A stretch of 64,000 bases of DNA from Candidatus Saccharimonadota bacterium (GTDB taxonomy: Bacteria > Patescibacteriota > Saccharimonadia > Saccharimonadales > UBA10212), in assembly GCA_016187125.1 (NCBI GenBank), contig JACPKF010000001.1, forward strand, positions 302,178 through 366,177, in the 5' to 3' direction. Both the position numbers and the translations under genes were made by a program. Below, piece after piece: positions 58,711-64,000 of the stretch (its first letter is position 1; every line of letters begins with the position of its first letter). Under the pieces are notes generated by a model. It worked only from the letters and a program-made list of their open reading frames with translations. It made no database searches and was not told where the DNA came from.

Positions 58711-59265
58711 TTATACCTTAACTTTTTCTTTGATTATCTCAACGAGTTTGGGAAATTTTTTATATCTCGGGTCGATGTGGGAACTGAAGTGCTGTCCACC
58801 CGGAATTAATACAAACTCTGCCTCCAATTTTTCGGCTATCCATTTGGCTCCTTCTAGTGGGCAGTATGGATCATTATCGGAGTGAATGACGATAAACTTT
58901 TTAGCTTTTTGATTTAGCCTTTCGTAGTCAAAATCAATGTCAACACCTTTTAAATCTTCCCTGCCTAAATCACCACGGAAGGTGCCCACCAAAACCGCAG
59001 TATCAACTTTAGTGCCAGCTGGCAGAGCTTGCAGCAAACCTATAACGGCTACCGCACCCGACGAGTGACCTATAACCAAATTATCTTGAAAATCCCAGCC
59101 GCTGTCCAGCAGAAACTTATTGTACCGGGCGATGTTTGGCTCTTGGGCCTGAGGTAAATCTGGCACCCAAACTTCAAAAGCTAATTTTTCTAGCTCCTTT
59201 TTCAGCCAAGGAAACCAGTTACTGGCATGGCTCGAGCCTGTTCCATGAAGAATGACGGCTTTCAC
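58711..59265 (-). CDS. RBBP9/YdeN-type serine hydrolase
   Basis: ILHG, NWFPWL, GHSSG, SDNDPY, GGQHF. Confidence 0.88.
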   Translation of the reverse strand: MKAVILHGTGSSHASNWFPWLKKELEKLAFEVWVPDLPQAQEPNIARYNKFLLDSGWDFQDNLVIGHSSGAVAVIGLLQALPAGTKVDTAVLVGTFRGDLGREDLKGVDIDFDYERLNQKAKKFIVIHSDNDPYCPLEGAKWIAEKLEAEFVLIPGGQHFSSHIDPRYKKFPKLVEIIKEKVKV

Positions 59266-59798
59266 AGTGAAAATTCGTATATTGCTCCATTGGGGAACCG
59301 ATCTATCCGATACATTTCAGTAAATGGTAGTTCTTGATGAATTATCCTCAGTATTCTACTTACTCCTCCGTGACTTACAACCAATATCCGATCTTCTTTT
59401 AAATTTTTTAACCAGTCTAGTCCTTTGCTAATCCGTGCATGCATCACTTCAGCAGTTTCGGCGCTTTCATGTAAAGTATCGGCCAAGGCATCCGCTAGGT
59501 AGATTTTATCTGGTTTATGGGAATAAACTCCGTATGCCCGCTCGATAAAGTAAGGACTGGTTATTATTTTCTTGGGGTCATAGCCCATTTCTTTGGCTAT
59601 GATCGTTGCCGTATCTACGGTTCTACTTAACGGTGAACATATGATGAGTTGGATTTGTTTATGTTTGAGATCTTTACCGGCCTTTTTTGCTTGTGCCCGA
59701 CCATTATCAGTTAGTGGGGTGTCAAACTCAGATCCAGAACCAAGACTAGCAACGTTTGCCTCACTCTCCCCATGGCGCACGAAATAAATTGTTTTCAT
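59262..59798 (-). CDS. Histidine phosphatase family
   Basis: RHGES, SPLSR, VSHGG. Confidence 0.9.
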   Translation of the reverse strand: MKTIYFVRHGESEANVASLGSGSEFDTPLTDNGRAQAKKAGKDLKHKQIQLIICSPLSRTVDTATIIAKEMGYDPKKIITSPYFIERAYGVYSHKPDKIYLADALADTLHESAETAEVMHARISKGLDWLKNLKEDRILVVSHGGVSRILRIIHQELPFTEMYRIDRFPNGAIYEFSL

Positions 59799-61309
59799 TT
59801 AGCAAATTCGATGGCGCGGGTTTCACGGATAACATTAACCTTGATTGTGCCTGGATACTGCATAGTGGATTCGATTTTATTAGCCACGTCACGGGCCAGT
59901 TTAATAGCCTGCAGATCATTGATTTCTTTGGGCTGCACAATCACTCGGACTTCGCGACCGGCGCTGATAGCGTAAACTTTTTCTACGCCGTCGAAGCCTT
60001 TGGCAGTATTCTCTAAGTCCTTTAAGCGCTCCACAAAGCCTTCGGCGCTGATGTTACGGGCGCCCGGACGGGCACCGCTTATGGCATCGCAGACCCTGAC
60101 AATCAGAGCTTCTAAGCTAGTAGCCTCGACATCATCATGATGCGCTTCAGCGGCATGAGCTACTTCTTCCGGCGCCCCATACTTACGTAGCATCTCGCCG
60201 CTGATGTGATGATGCTTACCTTCAATTCTATGGGAAAGCGCCTTGCCAATATCATGCATCAAGGCGGCGTATTTGGCAATTTTAGCATCAGCCCCCAGTT
60301 CTTCGGCCAACACTCCGGCCAGCTGAGCCATTTCGGTACTATGTTTAAGAACATTTTGGCCATAACTGGTACGGTATTTAAGCTCACCAAGCAGTTGCAG
60401 GATTTCTTTGGGTACGCCGACAATTCCGACTTCACGAGCGGCATCTTCGCCAGCCCGAACAACTTCTTTTTGAACTAGGGCTTGGGCTTTTTCAACCACT
60501 TCTTCAATGCGGCCTGGATGTACACGACCGTCTTTCAGTAGCATTTCCATGGCTTGGCGGGCCACCTCACGGCGTACCGGGTCAAAACTGGAAAGTACAA
60601 TCATGCCAGGCGTTTCATCTACTAAAATATCTACGCCAGTAGCCCGTTGAAAAGCTTGAATATTGCGGCCTTCTTTGCCGATAATTCGGCCTTTCATTTC
60701 CTCGTCTTCAAGTTTTACAGCCGTAACCGTCCGCTCGGCCGTGACTTCGGAAGCCAGGCGTTCCATGGTTCCGACCAAAATCGTAGACGCCATTTCCTCG
60801 GCATTTTCTTTGGCTTCATTTTGCAGCTTAACGATGAGTCCTTCCAGATCATGAGCGATGTCACGTTCTGTCATTTGCATGAGCTTCTCGGTTGCGTCAG
60901 CTTTAGTCAGTTTGGCGATTTTTTCCAGCTTGTCTTGCTGCTTGGAGCGAATCTCGCGAATTTCATTTTTAAGGGCTTCGACTTCGTCTTCGTCCTTACG
61001 TAAACCTTGACTGCGCTTATCAAGTTCATCTAGTTTTTTGTCAAGTGACTCTTGGCGATCGAGTAATTTTTGTTCGAGTTCTTTAAGCTCGGCCCGGCGT
61101 CTTTGTTCGTCCTTACGGGCTTCGTCAACTCGCCTGTCAGCTTCCTCTTGAGCTTTATGTACCAGTGCTTCTGATTCTTTTTTGGCTTTGGTTAGTTCCT
61201 TTTTGACCTCATCGGCAGCTTTGCCTTGCGTCCGGCGGTTGTAATAAAAGCTCCCGCCAGCACCCACAAAAAGCCCGGCTATTGCCACTGCAATAGTAAG
61301 TACTATCAT
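59795..61309 (-). CDS. rny: Ribonuclease Y
   Basis: TM helix, coiled coil, KH (KGRIIGKEGRNI) and HD (MHDIGK) domains. Confidence 0.96.
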   Translation of the reverse strand: MIVLTIAVAIAGLFVGAGGSFYYNRRTQGKAADEVKKELTKAKKESEALVHKAQEEADRRVDEARKDEQRRRAELKELEQKLLDRQESLDKKLDELDKRSQGLRKDEDEVEALKNEIREIRSKQQDKLEKIAKLTKADATEKLMQMTERDIAHDLEGLIVKLQNEAKENAEEMASTILVGTMERLASEVTAERTVTAVKLEDEEMKGRIIGKEGRNIQAFQRATGVDILVDETPGMIVLSSFDPVRREVARQAMEMLLKDGRVHPGRIEEVVEKAQALVQKEVVRAGEDAAREVGIVGVPKEILQLLGELKYRTSYGQNVLKHSTEMAQLAGVLAEELGADAKIAKYAALMHDIGKALSHRIEGKHHHISGEMLRKYGAPEEVAHAAEAHHDDVEATSLEALIVRVCDAISGARPGARNISAEGFVERLKDLENTAKGFDGVEKVYAISAGREVRVIVQPKEINDLQAIKLARDVANKIESTMQYPGTIKVNVIRETRAIEFAK

Positions 61310-61610
61310 CCTGTCCTCCTACGTGCTAGCCGCGTCGGTTTTGAGCGTTCACTATCACTTCTTTAGCTAAAACCAGGTGCGGCTATTATTCGTTCAAAAT
61401 TAATATAAGATGGATTGTTCCCAGCCCACCGAAGTCCGCCGGCTGGCGGACGAAGGTGGGCAAAACACCAGAAAATCCTACTTATAATATACCTGCCTGG
61501 GCCTGAATTGGTCAATTACGGAATTTAAGACATGGACCCAAGAAGACTGCAGGCGTTAAATATTCCCTGAAGCTAGTCCCGATGATCAAAAATGATAAGC
61601 TAGACAAAGA

Positions 61611-62471
61611 ATGACTTGGCAACTGCTTCTAACTATTAGCATTCTGAGTGGTTCAGCGGCAGTGGTACTGCAACGTTATACCCAAAAGAACAGCCAATTA
61701 AATCCACTGGGGTTTATCTTTTGGCCATGTGCTATTGCGTCAGTGCTGCTGATAGGCCTGGCGCTGATTCGTGGTTTTGACACTAACTGGGCCCTGTTGC
61801 CCAAATTCAATTTGTTTTTATCCTTAATACTCTGGCCTATTTCTAACTACTTTTATGTATACGCCATGAAGCATTCGGAAGCTTCACAGTATAGCATTCT
61901 ATATACAACTAGAGTTTTTTGGACCATTTTGGTGGCGATAGTTTTTTTGCACGAACGTTTCCCAGAGGCAGTAGCAGTAGGGGCAATCTTTTTGTTTGTT
62001 AGCTGCGTTTTGGCACTTTGGGAAGAAGGGCTATCGCTACGCAACTACGGCACCATTTATCCTTTATCAAATGCTTTCCTGGCGGGCACCGCTATTGCTA
62101 ATGACGGCATTGCTTTGTCGCACGGCTACGATGTTATAAGTTACTTCACTCTATCTTTTATGGGTACGCCGGTTTTGTTTGGTTTACTTTCGTCTGCAGC
62201 GCGCTCATCGGCTATATCTATTGCCCGCAACTCCAGACAATTTTTAGGTACAGCCATGCTGGCGGCTTTATATGTAACCAGCGCAGTTACGCTTTATTAC
62301 GCATTTGGCAAGGGCCAGGAGCTGAGTATTTTAATCTCACTTAGTCAGATCGGGACAATTTTGGTGGTTATCAGTGCCGCCATCTTACTAAAAGAACGAC
62401 GCTACTTAACTCGTCGACTAGCAGCAGCGGTTGTCAGCTTCATCGGCGTTTTGTTCATTATCAACGCTTAG
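61611..62471 (+). CDS. EamA/DMT-family transporter
   Basis: About 10 TM helices; VFLHE / LLKE repeat ends. Confidence 0.8.
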   Translation: MTWQLLLTISILSGSAAVVLQRYTQKNSQLNPLGFIFWPCAIASVLLIGLALIRGFDTNWALLPKFNLFLSLILWPISNYFYVYAMKHSEASQYSILYTTRVFWTILVAIVFLHERFPEAVAVGAIFLFVSCVLALWEEGLSLRNYGTIYPLSNAFLAGTAIANDGIALSHGYDVISYFTLSFMGTPVLFGLLSSAARSSAISIARNSRQFLGTAMLAALYVTSAVTLYYAFGKGQELSILISLSQIGTILVVISAAILLKERRYLTRRLAAAVVSFIGVLFIINA

Positions 62472-62474
62472 GTT

Positions 62475-62978
62475 TTATTTTTTGGGTTTAGTTATATTTG
62501 GCGGCGAGCCATATGCAGGTACAGCGATTTTGTCTCCGCCAGCTGGCGGATTGCCGGCAAGTAAATCTTCAATCCCTTCCTGTATCCAACCTTGGCCTCT
62601 ACGCGCGACTATCGGAATATGGTTGGCAGAAGCCAAGGCATTGGCGACAGTCAGGCCAATCCGCAGGCCTGTAAAACTGCCCGGGCCTTTGAAGCAAACG
62701 ATTCCCTGGATATCATTCCAACAAACATTTGATTTGTTAAGTAATCTCTTAATTTGGGAATGAATAGTCTTGGATAACTCCAGATGGGCTTGCCATTTAA
62801 GCTGGCCGAGCTTTTTTTTGTCGTCATTGTGAAAGGTCCGTCCTTTCACACTATATAAATACAGCTCGGCCTGATGCTTATCGGTCCTAATTCCTAAGAT
62901 AGCTGTGCCCCGCTCCTTTTCAGGGTGGAGCAGTCGGTAATCAGATTGTGGAACACCTTGAAAAGGTGCGCGGGTCAT
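62475..62978 (-). CDS. tsaB: t6A biosynthesis protein TsaB with in-frame palindromic inserts
   Basis: GPGSFTGLRIG; adjacent to tsaE. Confidence 0.9.
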   Translation of the reverse strand: MTRAPFQGVPQSDYRLLHPEKERGTAILGIRTDKHQAELYLYSVKGRTFHNDDKKKLGQLKWQAHLELSKTIHSQIKRLLNKSNVCWNDIQGIVCFKGPGSFTGLRIGLTVANALASANHIPIVARRGQGWIQEGIEDLLAGNPPAGGDKIAVPAYGSPPNITKPKK

Positions 62979-63655
62979 GGGCGCAGCTCCTGCCAGCTAG
63001 TTTCCAGTTTTCGCACAAGTGCGGCTTTTGTTTCCGGATAACTGATCTTAATCTCCCTTTCCTCGGAATCATTGGCGATGGGTTTAAATTCAATTGTTAG
63101 TCTTTGCTCGGGTAAAACGTTTTGGACGATGTCGCTCCACTCCACGACCGTGACAACACACGGATTCTTTAATGATTCCACCAATTGGTCGGCCATTATG
63201 CCGGCGTCGTTCAGTCGGTAAAAATCAAAGTGGTGCAGCTCAACCCCTTTTTTACATTTATAAATTTGATTAAGGGTAAAGGTCGGACTGGAAACTATGT
63301 CTTGGCTACCCAAACCGCGGACCAGGCCACGCACAAATGTGGTTTTGCCGCCGCCTAAATCCGACCGAAGTTCTATAACCTCTTCGCCTATCGCACCGCT
63401 ACCCGGCCATCTACCCGAGGCAGATGCACCGGCAGCTCTTGGCAGATTGGTGTGTTGCCTGCTGTGGTACTCAGTCCCTGTACCAATTTGTATAGTTCCT
63501 TCCGTTCCTCGTCGGCGTCTTGCACTGCGCTCAAGTGCGACAGGCTCATGCTCATTAGTCTTAAGAAGGCTTCCTAGCAGTTCGCCGAGTCTCTCGGTAT
63601 CTTCTGAACTGGTAGAAACGGTTTGCCAAATCATCGCGGTACTCATATGCTGCAT
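62975..63655 (-). CDS. tsaE: t6A biosynthesis ATPase TsaE with a ~55-aa insertion
   Basis: DLGGGKTTF, SSPTF, HFDFYRL, VEW. Confidence 0.9.
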   Translation of the reverse strand: MQHMSTAMIWQTVSTSSEDTERLGELLGSLLKTNEHEPVALERSARRRRGTEGTIQIGTGTEYHSRQHTNLPRAAGASASGRWPGSGAIGEEVIELRSDLGGGKTTFVRGLVRGLGSQDIVSSPTFTLNQIYKCKKGVELHHFDFYRLNDAGIMADQLVESLKNPCVVTVVEWSDIVQNVLPEQRLTIEFKPIANDSEEREIKISYPETKAALVRKLETSWQELRP

Positions 63656-64000
63656 ATGCTACTGCCAGAGCCCCGACTCCGGCAAGTACCAAGGGGTGAA
63701 GATTCCGAGAAGTTGTGGCCGGTGTTAATTTATTATTGCTAAGGGTACTAGAGGTATTAGTCGGGCTAGTAGCTTTGGCTTTCGGAGCAGCGGCCGCGTT
63801 AGTTTTTGCTGCCGGTGTAGCGGACTTCTTAGTAGCTGAGGCTACAGATGAAGGAGTAGTAGAAGGAGAACCAACGCTAAGAGATTTAATGCTCAACGGT
63901 TGGACAATAATATTGGCGGCGTTGGGCGTCGCACTACTTGTCCAATACCATTTGCCGTTTGCCAGTGACCAGCTTTGGCCGTCTTTGGCAGAGCTATAAA
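63561..64000 (-). CDS. C-terminal part of a membrane-anchored protein, possibly with a lamin-tail domain (runs off the right edge)
   Basis: Frame open to the edge: GQSWSLANGKWYWTSSATPNAAN, S/T/A/K linker, TM helix. Confidence 0.6.
   Translation of the reverse strand, partial: YSSAKDGQSWSLANGKWYWTSSATPNAANIIVQPLSIKSLSVGSPSTTPSSVASATKKSATPAAKTNAAAAPKAKATSPTNTSSTLSNNKLTPATTSRNLHPLVLAGVGALAVAYAAYEYRDDLANRFYQFRRYRETRRTARKPS

Noticed and set aside
63386..63560. Intein in TsaE
   Set aside because: Too short, no C/S...HN termini, and the DNA is a structured repeat.

Overview
64 kb of a compact bacterial chromosome using the standard genetic code. Gene content and style suggest a Patescibacteria/CPR organism, most likely Saccharibacteria (inference). 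Core genes include metG, rsmA, pcrA, tpiA, pgk, murD, murI, folD, murB, glyA, HTH-murA, rny, tsaB and tsaE. There are nine tRNAs, a very long tmRNA (596 nt), an FMN-riboswitch-like RNA, a mercury/redox island, two RAYT-type HUH transposases and two small GIY-YIG nucleases (one a pseudogene). No rRNA or CRISPR array was seen. The strongest unexplained signal is a 115-118 nt two-hairpin structured element with compensatory base changes. It occurs six times, each time directly abutting the mature 5' end of a tRNA or the tmRNA, including G-1 of tRNA-His. The window also carries several families of short palindromic elements. These sit at start codons, in-frame inside rsmA, tsaB and tsaE, inside the tmRNA and inside decayed tRNA-Arg copies. 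Integrase-less islets are anchored at tRNA 3' ends. All calls were made by eye; no searches were run.
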